Counted from the first letter of the stretch, positions 17,742-26,443 are shown. The stretch: 37,578 nt of DNA from an uncultured Staphylococcaceae bacterium (GCA_964368105.1 CAYJAE010000001.1:1-37578); one strand, 5' to 3'. A program made the numbers and translations. The notes: generated by a model not told the origin, from the letters alone.

Positions 17742-20567
17742 TTAGAATGTTGTTTTTAAAATTCTAAATGCGTAAGTGCGTGATCCGGCGTCTTTTCCGT
17801 CAATTGTAATATGAACGGTCATTGTAAATTCTATCGTAGAAGCAGCTTGGTTTGCACTAATTAATGCAATAGAAGTAGGATTAAAAGGATTTGCTGCCAT
17901 ATTTTTAATTGCTGTAATTAAGGATTCAAAACTATTAATTCCTGCTGCGTCAGCATCAAAACCAGCTTTCGGGGTTAAGGTTTGGACCGATTGTTTAACA
18001 CCATCGATCACATGTTCTTTGGAACTTGGTAAGAAGTAATCGTCGATGTTAGCAACATCTTCACTTGCAAGATCGTAAGTGAAACTCACTGTTTTGCCAT
18101 CGAAATCACTAAACTCTATATTTAGAGGAATAATAATTGTATCGAAGAAGAGGACGATATCAGTTTTGTTTTCACTAACACTAATTTGTTTGAGGAAACC
18201 GTCATCTGGATTAGCAATGTAATCATCGGCATTTAAGACGTTAACAACGCTGTATGGGGAATCTACTCCGCCAGTATCAAAGATAGCGTCACCAATTTTC
18301 GTTTCGTTAATATAAGCAGGAACAAATTCAATGGTGACTTTTTTGGTTCTCTCCATAAGTTCACCAGATGCTTTTTCTAAACTAACAGTAAGCAAAATTT
18401 CTATTTCACTTTCCGCTGCTTGAGAATATTTATAAATATCTTTTGTAGTTAATTCGTTCGCAAAAACATCTAAGTCTTCATTATCAGGATCTTGTTGTAC
18501 GTAACCCCCAGTGGAAGTGATAGTTTTTGCGGTAATATCGAAGCCATCAATATTGACACTTTGTGAAGATTCAAATCTTGTAGTTACGCCACTAACAGGA
18601 GTAATAGCGGAATCTACATTAAGCACCCGTCCTCCAAATTTATTCAGGACAATTTCTGAAGGAATGATAATTGTATCGGCTAAGTGTTCAACTTTAATAT
18701 TTTCACTGTTAGCAACACTATCAATGTAATCAGTCGGATCTTCACTCGAGTTTTGAATTTTTTCGACATTCTCGTAATTAATGACGTTAATTAATTTGTC
18801 ATCTTCAATTAAGTAATCAATAATTTCTTTATCAACATCCGCAGGAACAAGATTAATGGTAATTTGGCGTGATTTTGAAGTTTTCTCGCCATCTTTTTCT
18901 AAAGAAGCAGTCAGGGTAAGATTAATTGGCTCAGGATATTTGGCACTGACAACGGCGAAGAGATCTTCCATTTTATGTTCAGCCATACCCTTTATTTCAT
19001 CGGCAAAATCTTCAAGGTGGTAATCTTCAGTTTCTGGTTCGTAATCTCCAATTGGAGTAAAGGTTTGGACGGTAATGTCTGCATTATCAAAACCAATATC
19101 GTCAGCCTCAAGATCTTGGCGACCAAGGTAGAATTTATCTTTATCCTCACTATTAGCAAATTCGACCGCAAATTCTATATTGCGTTCATCAAAGCCGGGG
19201 ATTCTAACTGTTTCAGGGAAGGCGACGGTTTCTGTCAGCAGTTGTAATTCAAAATTGTCACTATCAACTGGTAACGGAGCGGTAACTTCGGAGTAGTGGA
19301 TTTTTTTGACAATATTATCATCTTCAATGACAAAATCGAGAATTTGATCATCAAGCATCGCTTTTTTCATATTAAAGTAGAATGGTTGGGAACGACTCTC
19401 TCCACCTGAAGAAACGGTTATTTCAAGTTCAAAATCAAATGGGTCACTTTGGCTTGCACGATAAAGGTCTTCTAAATCCTCTTGATTGTGTTCTGTGGTG
19501 ACTGCTTCAATATGGTCCGCTAAACCGTCAACTGTTGTAATTTCTTTTTCGTCCAGTTTTTCTTTATACGCTAAACCAACTGGGGTTAAGGTATAAGCAG
19601 TAATCTCGCCGTCAATCATATCCAAAACTTCGGGGTCATCGGTGAATTCACTCGGATTGCGTGATTCTTCAGCGTCAAAGAAATTAGCGATGCTACCTTT
19701 TGTAAAAGTATAACTAACATCTATCGTAGCAACATCTTTAATCGTTACCCGTTTTGGAATAATAAGCGAGTCAGTTACGAAATTTAATTGAAGTGGATTT
19801 TCACTGTCAGCCGCCTCTTCTTGTTTAAATGAAATGTTTGGGTCTCCGTTAAAGTTAAATTCAAAGAGATTAACTAAGAAACCAAGTTTAAAGGCTTCGT
19901 CTAAAATAATCTTGCCAAACTCTGGCTTAGTGAGGCGGAAGTAAAAAGTTTTTGTTTTAGTAGTTTTAGCGGATTTAACGGCAATTTTAATACTAAATGG
20001 TGTTGTTTCTTGGTTTGTTGCATCAATTAATTCACTTTGTTTAGTCGTTTCCATAAATGATTCTAAATCATCAAAACCGTTAACACTCTCCAAGATATCA
20101 CTATCGCCGACTGGAATATAAATATCAACCCCTAGATTAACTTCAAAGGGAAGACTGCTTAAATCAAAATCCATTCCTTCTGGTAAGTCATTTAGACCAA
20201 TACTGATTTTTTTAAAGCTGTCAACGATGTCTTTATTATCCGCATCTCTAAATTCAGCAGATAGTTCAACTTTGGCATCAAGTCCCATAATATTTGCTTG
20301 GACTAAATTTGGAATAATCAAAATATTTTTAAGATAATTAAAGTCTTCTGGCTTAGCTTTGTTTGTGGGCAAGGTTTCCCACTTAATTTGTTCAGGAGTG
20401 CCTTCTAGACCGCTTGGTAAGAGGTCAATCCCGGTTACAAGTACCGGCAAATTAATGGCTAGATTAGCTAAAATCGTTCCAATAATATTATCGAGCATCG
20501 TACAACTGGTGAGCGTTATAAGCGCGACAAGTGATAAAACGCTGCTTTTAATGAATTTTTTAAACAT
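17742..20567 (-). CDS. Large acidic lipoprotein built from five divergent ~175-195-aa modules (941 aa)
   Basis: Lipobox LITLTSC. Recurrent landmarks are (L/I)IIP at aa 83, 268, 633 and 811 (RIP at 455), T-x-T-P-x-G at aa ~326, 502, 682 and 863, and module ends FYFRLTKP, FYFNMKKA, ITINLVPA, VTIEFVPA and YAFRILKTTF. AAAGGGGA is the SD. Confidence 0.6.
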   Translation of the reverse strand: MFKKFIKSSVLSLVALITLTSCTMLDNIIGTILANLAINLPVLVTGIDLLPSGLEGTPEQIKWETLPTNKAKPEDFNYLKNILIIPNLVQANIMGLDAKVELSAEFRDADNKDIVDSFKKISIGLNDLPEGMDFDLSSLPFEVNLGVDIYIPVGDSDILESVNGFDDLESFMETTKQSELIDATNQETTPFSIKIAVKSAKTTKTKTFYFRLTKPEFGKIILDEAFKLGFLVNLFEFNFNGDPNISFKQEEAADSENPLQLNFVTDSLIIPKRVTIKDVATIDVSYTFTKGSIANFFDAEESRNPSEFTDDPEVLDMIDGEITAYTLTPVGLAYKEKLDEKEITTVDGLADHIEAVTTEHNQEDLEDLYRASQSDPFDFELEITVSSGGESRSQPFYFNMKKAMLDDQILDFVIEDDNIVKKIHYSEVTAPLPVDSDNFELQLLTETVAFPETVRIPGFDERNIEFAVEFANSEDKDKFYLGRQDLEADDIGFDNADITVQTFTPIGDYEPETEDYHLEDFADEIKGMAEHKMEDLFAVVSAKYPEPINLTLTASLEKDGEKTSKSRQITINLVPADVDKEIIDYLIEDDKLINVINYENVEKIQNSSEDPTDYIDSVANSENIKVEHLADTIIIPSEIVLNKFGGRVLNVDSAITPVSGVTTRFESSQSVNIDGFDITAKTITSTGGYVQQDPDNEDLDVFANELTTKDIYKYSQAAESEIEILLTVSLEKASGELMERTKKVTIEFVPAYINETKIGDAIFDTGGVDSPYSVVNVLNADDYIANPDDGFLKQISVSENKTDIVLFFDTIIIPLNIEFSDFDGKTVSFTYDLASEDVANIDDYFLPSSKEHVIDGVKQSVQTLTPKAGFDADAAGINSFESLITAIKNMAANPFNPTSIALISANQAASTIEFTMTVHITIDGKDAGSRTYAFRILKTTF

Positions 20568-20652
20568 AAATTGTCCCCTTTACGGTTAATATCTGCTAAA
20601 TACATTATACTAATATTTATATAAATAGTTAAACATTTATATAGGGGAGGAA

Positions 20653-21243
20653 ATGCCGGTTATGAACAAACCATTATTAGTCTTTGATTTCTTTGGTGTT
20701 ATTGTAGAAGAGGTCGCTCACTTATGGCTTGCGCGTCATATGGAAAAAGAAGAAGCTCAAGAAATTATTAAAACTCTTTTCGTGGCAGTCGACGAAGGAC
20801 GGATTACACCAGAAGAATGTTTTAAAGCCCTTGAAGATAAAAGCGGAATAAAAGCGAGAGAAATCGAACGGGAATGGTATGAGATTGGCGAACTTAGAGA
20901 AGACACTTATCAATTCATTAAAAACAACCAAGATAAATATCACTTTGTGATTCTTAGTAATGCCGGTATTAGTTTTATTACTCGTATATTAGAAAAGTAT
21001 GATCTAAAACCACTATTTTCAAAGATTTACGTTTCTGCGACTTTGCGCCTTGCTAAACCGAATCCAGAAATATTCTTACATGTATTAAATACCGTTAATG
21101 TTCCGTATAGTGTAGCGATTATGCTTGATGATAATCCAACGAACACAAAGGCCGCAGAGAGTGTTGGGATGGGCGGCGTTGTTTTTAAAACAATGGCGGA
21201 AGCAGAAGTAGAAATTACTAATATTATTAAACGCTTAAGTTAA
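20653..21243 (+). CDS. HAD-superfamily hydrolase (subfamily IA-like)
   Basis: Motif I VFDFFGV (nucleophile Asp present, Asp+2 replaced by Phe), motif II ILSNA, motif III Lys in LAKPNPEIF and motif IV MLDDNPTN. The start could be ATG 20653 or ATG 20662. Confidence 0.7.
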   Translation: MPVMNKPLLVFDFFGVIVEEVAHLWLARHMEKEEAQEIIKTLFVAVDEGRITPEECFKALEDKSGIKAREIEREWYEIGELREDTYQFIKNNQDKYHFVILSNAGISFITRILEKYDLKPLFSKIYVSATLRLAKPNPEIFLHVLNTVNVPYSVAIMLDDNPTNTKAAESVGMGGVVFKTMAEAEVEITNIIKRLS

Positions 21244-21301
21244 TAATGTGTTATTATTAATATTACTCAAAGGATAAATACTATTTATTCCAGCGAGAAA
21301 C

Positions 21302-21377
21302 GCCGACGTAGCTCAATTGGTAGAGCAACTGAATCGTAATCAGTAGGTTGGGGGTTCAATTCCTCTCGTCGGCACCA
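21302..21377 (+). tRNA. tRNA-Thr (anticodon CGT)
   Basis: Cloverleaf parsed by hand. Acceptor GCCGACG/CGTCGGC, D arm GCTC-AATTGGTA-GAGC, anticodon stem ACTGA/TCAGT with loop ATCGTAA, T arm GGGGG-TTCAATT-CCTCT, and encoded CCA. Confidence 0.9.
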
Positions 21378-21391
21378 TTTTTTTGTGAATG

Positions 21392-21417
21392 TCCTCGAAA
21401 TATACGGGGATTTTTTT
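21392..21417 (+). terminator. Rho-independent terminator after tRNA-Thr
   Basis: TCCTCG-aaatata-CGGGGA (6 bp including one G-U pair) followed by T7 at 21411-21417. Confidence 0.6.
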
Positions 21418-21486
21418 ATTTCATTCGTCAATTATAAAAACAATAATTTATTTTATGCCGTCATTTGCGTTTTTCATTTATATGTG

Positions 21487-21747
21487 CTATTTCAATTCGT
21501 TTTTCAGTTTGTTAAACGCTACTTTTGCATCAATGACATTATTGCTCCGGATATCTTCATCAGATTCCGCTAATAACCGAAGTAATTCTAATTCAGCCAT
21601 TTGTGAATCATAAACAGTTTGGTTAATGAGCACAGTATCACCACGCCCATTAACGGTAATATAGATTGGTTTTTGTTGTTCTAATGCTAACTTAGAAACT
21701 TCTTTATATTTATTTCTTAAGTCTGAGGAAGGTAGTATTATTTTCAT
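21487..21747 (-). CDS. Phd/YefM-family type II antitoxin (86 aa), no adjacent toxin
   Basis: MKIILPSSDLRNKYKEVSKLALEQQKPIYITVNGRGDTVLINQTVYD matches the Phd/YefM N-terminal fold pattern. AGAGGTG lies 6 nt upstream of ATG 21747. The track start at 21795 adds 16 residues with no SD. Confidence 0.72.
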   Translation of the reverse strand: MKIILPSSDLRNKYKEVSKLALEQQKPIYITVNGRGDTVLINQTVYDSQMAELELLRLLAESDEDIRSNNVIDAKVAFNKLKNELK

Positions 21748-21827
21748 TATTGCACCTCTTGACATCATTATATTGATAATTAAAAAAAATGCCACCTTAA
21801 TAAATAGGTAGCATATGTTAGTTAGAA

Positions 21828-21904
21828 TGGCACCCTGGGAGCGACTCGAACGCCCGACTTACAGTTTCGAAGACTGTTGCTCTATCCATCTGAACTACCA
21901 GGGC
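21828..21904 (-). tRNA. tRNA-Arg (anticodon TCG)
   Basis: The reverse complement folds as acceptor GCCCTGG/CCAGGGT (G1-U72 wobble), D arm GTTC-AGATGGATA-GAGC, anticodon stem ACAGT/ACTGT with loop CTTCGAA, T arm GGGCG-TTCGAGT-CGCTC, discriminator G and encoded CCA. Confidence 0.88.
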
Positions 21905-22005
21905 AGACTTTTATAGAACTATAAAATAATGAAAGAATATAGTGTAAACAATAAAAATAGCAGTATTTTGTTGCTAAATAGCGTTAAAAAGAAGAAGTAG
22001 TGGTT

Positions 22006-22671
22006 TTAATTAAAGAGTGCGATAACTTTCGAAACATCATTTTTCTTTCCAAAAATAAATATTTCGTCGCCGGCTTGAATAACTGTATCTTTGTCAGGTA
22101 CTTGTACGCTTTTACCGCGTTCAAGAAGTAGAATATTAGAACGATATTTGACGCGTAAATCTAAATCAATAATTGGTGTGGGTTTAAAATGTTCGCCAAC
22201 TTTAACTTCAAAAATATCATAATCTTTACTAACATTAAAGTAATCAAGGACATTACCCGCAGCAATTTTGTTAGCGGCGTACTCGGCAGCGATTGAAAGC
22301 GGCATAATAATTTTGGTAGCGCCCACTAGGCGAAGAACTTCCGCATAATCTTCTTCGTCAGCCCGAGCAGTAATTTCTTTAATACCAAGTTCTTTTAGTT
22401 TAATAACCGAAATAATACTAGTTGTTAAGTTTTTCCGTTCATTTTGACCTACGGCAATAATGGCGTGATCAACGTTTTCAATCCCAGCAGCCTGGAGTGA
22501 TTCCAAACTCGTACTATCAGCAATAAAAGCATTTTGAATGAATTCACCTGCTTTTCGCACTTGTTCCTCTTCGGTATCAATTGCAACAACATCAACATCA
22601 AGTTTACTAAATGACTCCACTAAACTTAAGCCAAAGCGACTTAGTCCAATAATAGCAACAGTCTTTTTCAT
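22006..22671 (-). CDS. ktrA: K+ uptake regulatory subunit KtrA/TrkA (RCK domain)
   Basis: 221 aa with the N-terminal Rossmann motif VAIIGLSRFGLSL and a C-terminal RCK_C-like end. It lies immediately downstream of the TrkH-type gene. Confidence 0.85.
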   Translation of the reverse strand: MKKTVAIIGLSRFGLSLVESFSKLDVDVVAIDTEEEQVRKAGEFIQNAFIADSTSLESLQAAGIENVDHAIIAVGQNERKNLTTSIISVIKLKELGIKEITARADEEDYAEVLRLVGATKIIMPLSIAAEYAANKIAAGNVLDYFNVSKDYDIFEVKVGEHFKPTPIIDLDLRVKYRSNILLLERGKSVQVPDKDTVIQAGDEIFIFGKKNDVSKVIALFN

Positions 22672-22683
22672 AATTATTCTCCT

Positions 22684-24021
22684 CTATCCTATTATAATAG
22701 TTTCTTCTAAGTAAGTAATTGGCCGACTTCCAACATTAGATTTCCGTCGGTTAAAAAGCGCAAGCAGTGTCAATGGGCCAACACGGCCAATAAACATTAA
22801 AATCATTAAGATAATATGAGTGCCCCAACTTAATGTCTCAAGCGGGACAAGGCTAAAACCAGTGTTGGAAGTAGCAGAGACAACACTAAAGAGTGCCGTA
22901 CCGATTGATAAGTCATCAAAAGCTAAAATAAATAAGGTTCCGCCTGCAACAATGGCAATGAGAAGTAGGAAAAGAACATAAGCTTTTCTAATTGAAACAG
23001 GGCTAATACGCCGTTTTTGGGTTGTTACTTCACTGCCAGTTGCTTCACTTGAAAGTGTTTTTATTAAGGTGAAAAGCGTAGTTGTCTTAAGTCCACCGGC
23101 TGTTGAGGTTGGGGAACCACCAACAAACATTAAGAAAATAATAATAAGTAGTGAAAAACTTGATAACGTGTTTAAGTCGGTTGTATGGATTCCCGCAGTA
23201 CGAGCGGTGATAGATAGAAAAAGTGCGTTTTGAATTGGTAAGAAATTATTACTTACTTGCCCAAGGAAAAGCATAAGTGCACCACTAATCCATAAGAAGA
23301 GACTCATTGATAAAACGATTTTTGTGTGCCGTTTAATATCTTTCCATTTTCGGCTTGAGGCTAAATCAAAGATAACAATAAAACCAAGTCCGCCAAGAAT
23401 CACGAGAATTAAAGTGTTAATTGATAATAAAATACTTGAATCATAATTAATAATGGAAGCATCAAATAAATTAGTGAATCCAGCATTATTGAAAGCATTG
23501 ATTGCATGGAATAAACTTGCAATAAGAGCCTCTTTTACCGGCAAAACAGGGATAAATACGAATAGATTTGCAATAAACCCACCAAACTCAATAACAAGCG
23601 TAGTGACCACAATTTTTTTAAGAAGGGTCCCAATCCCTTTAAGCGAAGAAGAATTAAAACTCTCTTTTAGTAATACTTTATCACTAACGCCAAGCTTACC
23701 GCCAAGGAGTGAGAGGACAAAAACGCCAATGGTAACAACTCCTAATCCACCGATTTGAATAAGGAAAATTAGAACAATAATTCCAAAGCCACTCAAACTT
23801 AAAACAATATCAGTTGTTGGGACAAGTCCGCTGATGGTAACCGCAGATGTTGAAAGAAAAAGAGCATTTAAAAAAGGAACTCCGCCCCGAGTTTTTGTAG
23901 CAAACGGCAAAACAAAAAGTAGAGAACCGAGAATAATAAGGAGGAGAAAAGAGAGAACAATTAAAAGAAAAGGAGAAATCCTTTGTTTTGCTTTACTGTT
24001 TCTACCTACGACATTCGTCAT
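22684..24021 (-). CDS. ktrB: K+ transporter membrane subunit KtrB/TrkH family
   Basis: Polytopic protein with repeated pore-loop-like segments (SAVTISGL, NAFNNAGFT, TARTAGIHT, TSNTGFS). I prefer ATG 24021, 6 nt after AAAGGTG, because the track start GTG 24030 is part of that SD. Confidence 0.85.
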   Translation of the reverse strand: MTNVVGRNSKAKQRISPFLLIVLSFLLLIILGSLLFVLPFATKTRGGVPFLNALFLSTSAVTISGLVPTTDIVLSLSGFGIIVLIFLIQIGGLGVVTIGVFVLSLLGGKLGVSDKVLLKESFNSSSLKGIGTLLKKIVVTTLVIEFGGFIANLFVFIPVLPVKEALIASLFHAINAFNNAGFTNLFDASIINYDSSILLSINTLILVILGGLGFIVIFDLASSRKWKDIKRHTKIVLSMSLFLWISGALMLFLGQVSNNFLPIQNALFLSITARTAGIHTTDLNTLSSFSLLIIIFLMFVGGSPTSTAGGLKTTTLFTLIKTLSSEATGSEVTTQKRRISPVSIRKAYVLFLLLIAIVAGGTLFILAFDDLSIGTALFSVVSATSNTGFSLVPLETLSWGTHIILMILMFIGRVGPLTLLALFNRRKSNVGSRPITYLEETIIIG

Positions 24022-24066
24022 TAAATTCACCTTTTGTTCGCGTCCATCAGAATACGTGACACATAA

Positions 24067-24094
24067 ATTATACTATTTATCATTAATTTGTCGT
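24067..24094 (-). promoter_or_regulatory. Candidate promoter of ktrBA
   Basis: Minus strand reads ACGACA (24094-24089), 16-nt spacer, TATAAT (24072-24067). The predicted leader is only ~40 nt. Confidence 0.35.
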
Positions 24095-24122
24095 GCGCTA
24101 TGTATTATTACTCAGTAATAAT

Positions 24123-24131
24123 TGTTATAAT
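24123..24131 (+). promoter_or_regulatory. Extended -10 element upstream of the nuclease gene
   Basis: TGtTATAAT at 24123-24131, ~35 nt upstream of ATG 24167. There is no good -35. Confidence 0.4.
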
Positions 24132-24166
24132 GAAAGTTCACAGGAATTAAATTGTGGGAGCGGATT

Positions 24167-26389
24167 ATGAACAAAACATTTAAACTAATTGCCCTAATTG
24201 CACTATTTAGTGTAGGAACTTTTTTTGCTAAAGAAAAGAATAATGCTGTGCCCGTTAGCGCTGCAACAGGAGAGAAACCAACAGGTATTGACGTGACAGA
24301 CATGGATGACTCTGAACTAAGCGGATTTTATTCAGGAGTAGAAGGAAAAAAAGGAAGTGAATTACTGGCATTTCTTAATGGCAAAATTAAAAACCATCTT
24401 GAATATAATTACGAATCTGATTCACACCGCGAAATTTATAAAATTATTGAACGTGATTGGAATATTGATAGTCCATCCTCAGGAACCTTAGCAGGATTTA
24501 ATTATAAAGACGATAACGGTTATCTGCGTCTCCTTTATGGGGATTACAACGGTGATATTGATACCGCCGCACGATTTTACAAAGAGGACTCAACAACTAG
24601 TGTTACTTTTGATAAAGAACATATTTGGCCACAGTCATTAGGTGGTTTTGGACGAATTGGAGGAGCAGGAAGTGATTTTCACGCTCTTTGGGCTGCTGAC
24701 CCGCTAATTAATCGTAATGCCCATAGTAATAATCATTATGCCGTTCCGACGCTTGAAATTAAAGAAAGACCAACTTCTTATGGTACAAACGGTGGAAGAA
24801 CTGGCCGCCTTACAGTTGGCGGAGACCTTGTCTTTGAACCAAAAGATGAATATAAGGGTGACATTGCCCGTGCGATGTTTTATATGCCTGCACGATATTT
24901 TGATTATGAAGATGTTCTTCATCCAAAACTTGAACTTGTTAACGGTACCCCACTTCCGGTTACGGGTTCTGCTTCAGTTAGTGGAAAAGCTGGAGACTTA
25001 GCAACACTGCTTGAATGGAATGAATTAGATCCGGTTGATGAATTTGAAATCCATCGTAATAACCTTATTTATAATAACTATCAATTAAATCGTAATCCTT
25101 TTATTGATTATCCCCAATGGGCACGAATTGCTTATGACTCGAGCTATTCAGGGACTGGAGCATCGAATCTTTTAGAATCATCGAGTGTTGGAAATGATAG
25201 TGATCCCTTTAAAGACGCAACCCTCCTTAGTATTAGTGTTGATTATTCTAATGTTAAGAAAGATTATTTAAAAGGCGAAAAATTTAAAACTCAAGGGTTA
25301 CTCGTTACCGCAAATTATGATAATGGCCAAAGTGTAAATCTAAAGAACTATTCAATAAGCGTTGCTAATAATGAAGTTTTATCAACACCAGGTGATATTC
25401 AAGTTGAAGTTAGTTATACACATGGAGACAATACATTTTCTGATAGTTTTATTATTACTGTTGTGAATCAAACACTTTCTGATGTCCTCTTTATTAGTGA
25501 AGTATATGGTGGAGGCGGAAATAGTGGAGCACCTTTCACACATGATTTTATTGAAATATACAATCATAGTGAAAACATTATTTCTCTAGCGGGAAAGTCA
25601 ATTCAGCAAGCACCTGCAAATAGTGCAACTTGGAAAAGTTATGCATTAACTGGGGATATTCAGGCAAAATCATATTATTTAATACAACTTGCAACCGAAA
25701 AAGATCCGATTGGCGTAGAATTGCCGCTTAGTGACTTCAGTGGTAGCGCTGCTGTGGCGGTAAGTGGTTTCAAAGTTGCCTTAGTAAACAGTACCGGTAA
25801 GTTAACTGGCGTTGATGATAGTACGAATACTGATCTCATTGATTTTATTGGTGCAGGAAGTAGTGCGAACTATTATTATGGAGCAAAGGCATCTGTCCCG
25901 ACAGATAATAAGAAATCAGTAACCCGTAAATTTACTAATGGAATACCAAGCAAGGAGAACAATAATAGTGTTGACTATATAACAGCGAATCCATCACCCA
26001 CTAATAGCGCAATCAGTATTGGCATAAACATTATGGCTATTGGCGATACGACAGGTCAATGTTATATTCAATATCCTATTTTTAAACAAAAAGTATTAAG
26101 TTTGACTGACTCTATTTATGATCAAGACACTAATGAAGTAATAAGTTACGGGCAAAGATTTTATTTTGAAAATGGTAGTGATTCCCGCTTAGCAGTGGGC
26201 CGTCAAAGATATGAAACATGGGCTATGATTTTAGGAGACCATACACCATACTTACCTGATAGTGAAGTATTAGAACCAACGAATAATTTCATAAATAACA
26301 ACAATAACACGGCAATTTACGTCTTAATGGCTTCTTTATTAATTACTTTTAGTGCTTATTTTGTTATTAGAAAAAAGAAAACAAATTAA
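24167..26389 (+). CDS. Membrane-anchored extracellular nuclease: endonuclease I domain, Ig-like domain, lamin-tail (LTD) domain and C-terminal TM anchor
   Basis: Signal peptide MNKTFKLIALIALFSVGTFFA. Endonuclease I-type motifs are FDKEHIWPQS, DFHALWAADPLINRNAHSN, KGDIARAMFYM and NRNPFIDYPQWA. The LTD-type segment is LFISEVYGGGGNSGAPFTHDFIEIYN. The C-terminal TM plus basic stop-transfer is AIYVLMASLLITFSAYFVIRKKK. GGGAG lies 6 nt upstream of ATG 24167. Confidence 0.72.
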   Translation: MNKTFKLIALIALFSVGTFFAKEKNNAVPVSAATGEKPTGIDVTDMDDSELSGFYSGVEGKKGSELLAFLNGKIKNHLEYNYESDSHREIYKIIERDWNIDSPSSGTLAGFNYKDDNGYLRLLYGDYNGDIDTAARFYKEDSTTSVTFDKEHIWPQSLGGFGRIGGAGSDFHALWAADPLINRNAHSNNHYAVPTLEIKERPTSYGTNGGRTGRLTVGGDLVFEPKDEYKGDIARAMFYMPARYFDYEDVLHPKLELVNGTPLPVTGSASVSGKAGDLATLLEWNELDPVDEFEIHRNNLIYNNYQLNRNPFIDYPQWARIAYDSSYSGTGASNLLESSSVGNDSDPFKDATLLSISVDYSNVKKDYLKGEKFKTQGLLVTANYDNGQSVNLKNYSISVANNEVLSTPGDIQVEVSYTHGDNTFSDSFIITVVNQTLSDVLFISEVYGGGGNSGAPFTHDFIEIYNHSENIISLAGKSIQQAPANSATWKSYALTGDIQAKSYYLIQLATEKDPIGVELPLSDFSGSAAVAVSGFKVALVNSTGKLTGVDDSTNTDLIDFIGAGSSANYYYGAKASVPTDNKKSVTRKFTNGIPSKENNNSVDYITANPSPTNSAISIGINIMAIGDTTGQCYIQYPIFKQKVLSLTDSIYDQDTNEVISYGQRFYFENGSDSRLAVGRQRYETWAMILGDHTPYLPDSEVLEPTNNFINNNNNTAIYVLMASLLITFSAYFVIRKKKTN

Positions 26390-26390
26390 A

Positions 26391-26412
26391 AAGGACCTCG
26401 TTTGAGATCCTT
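26391..26412. terminator. Possible bidirectional terminator hairpin between convergent genes
   Basis: AAGGACCTC-gttt-GAGATCCTT (9 bp with one mismatch) flanked by an A-run upstream. The T-tract is weak. Confidence 0.4.
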
Positions 26413-26443
26413 CTAAATAGTATTTTATTAAATATGTTTTTAC

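Noticed and set aside
21385-21613. Two overlapping plus-strand ORFs (62 and 74 aa) in the tRNA-Thr/antitoxin gap, considered as the missing toxin.
   Set aside because: They are antisense to the antitoxin gene and overlap the tRNA-Thr terminator. They have no SD, are Phe/Ile-rich low-complexity sequences, and show no resemblance to RelE, YoeB, ParE or Doc toxins.
24022-24122. A c-di-AMP (ydaO/kimA-type) riboswitch upstream of ktrBA.
   Set aside because: The predicted leader from the TATAAT at 24072-24067 is only about 40 nt. The region lacks the conserved G/C-rich pseudo-symmetric helices of that riboswitch.
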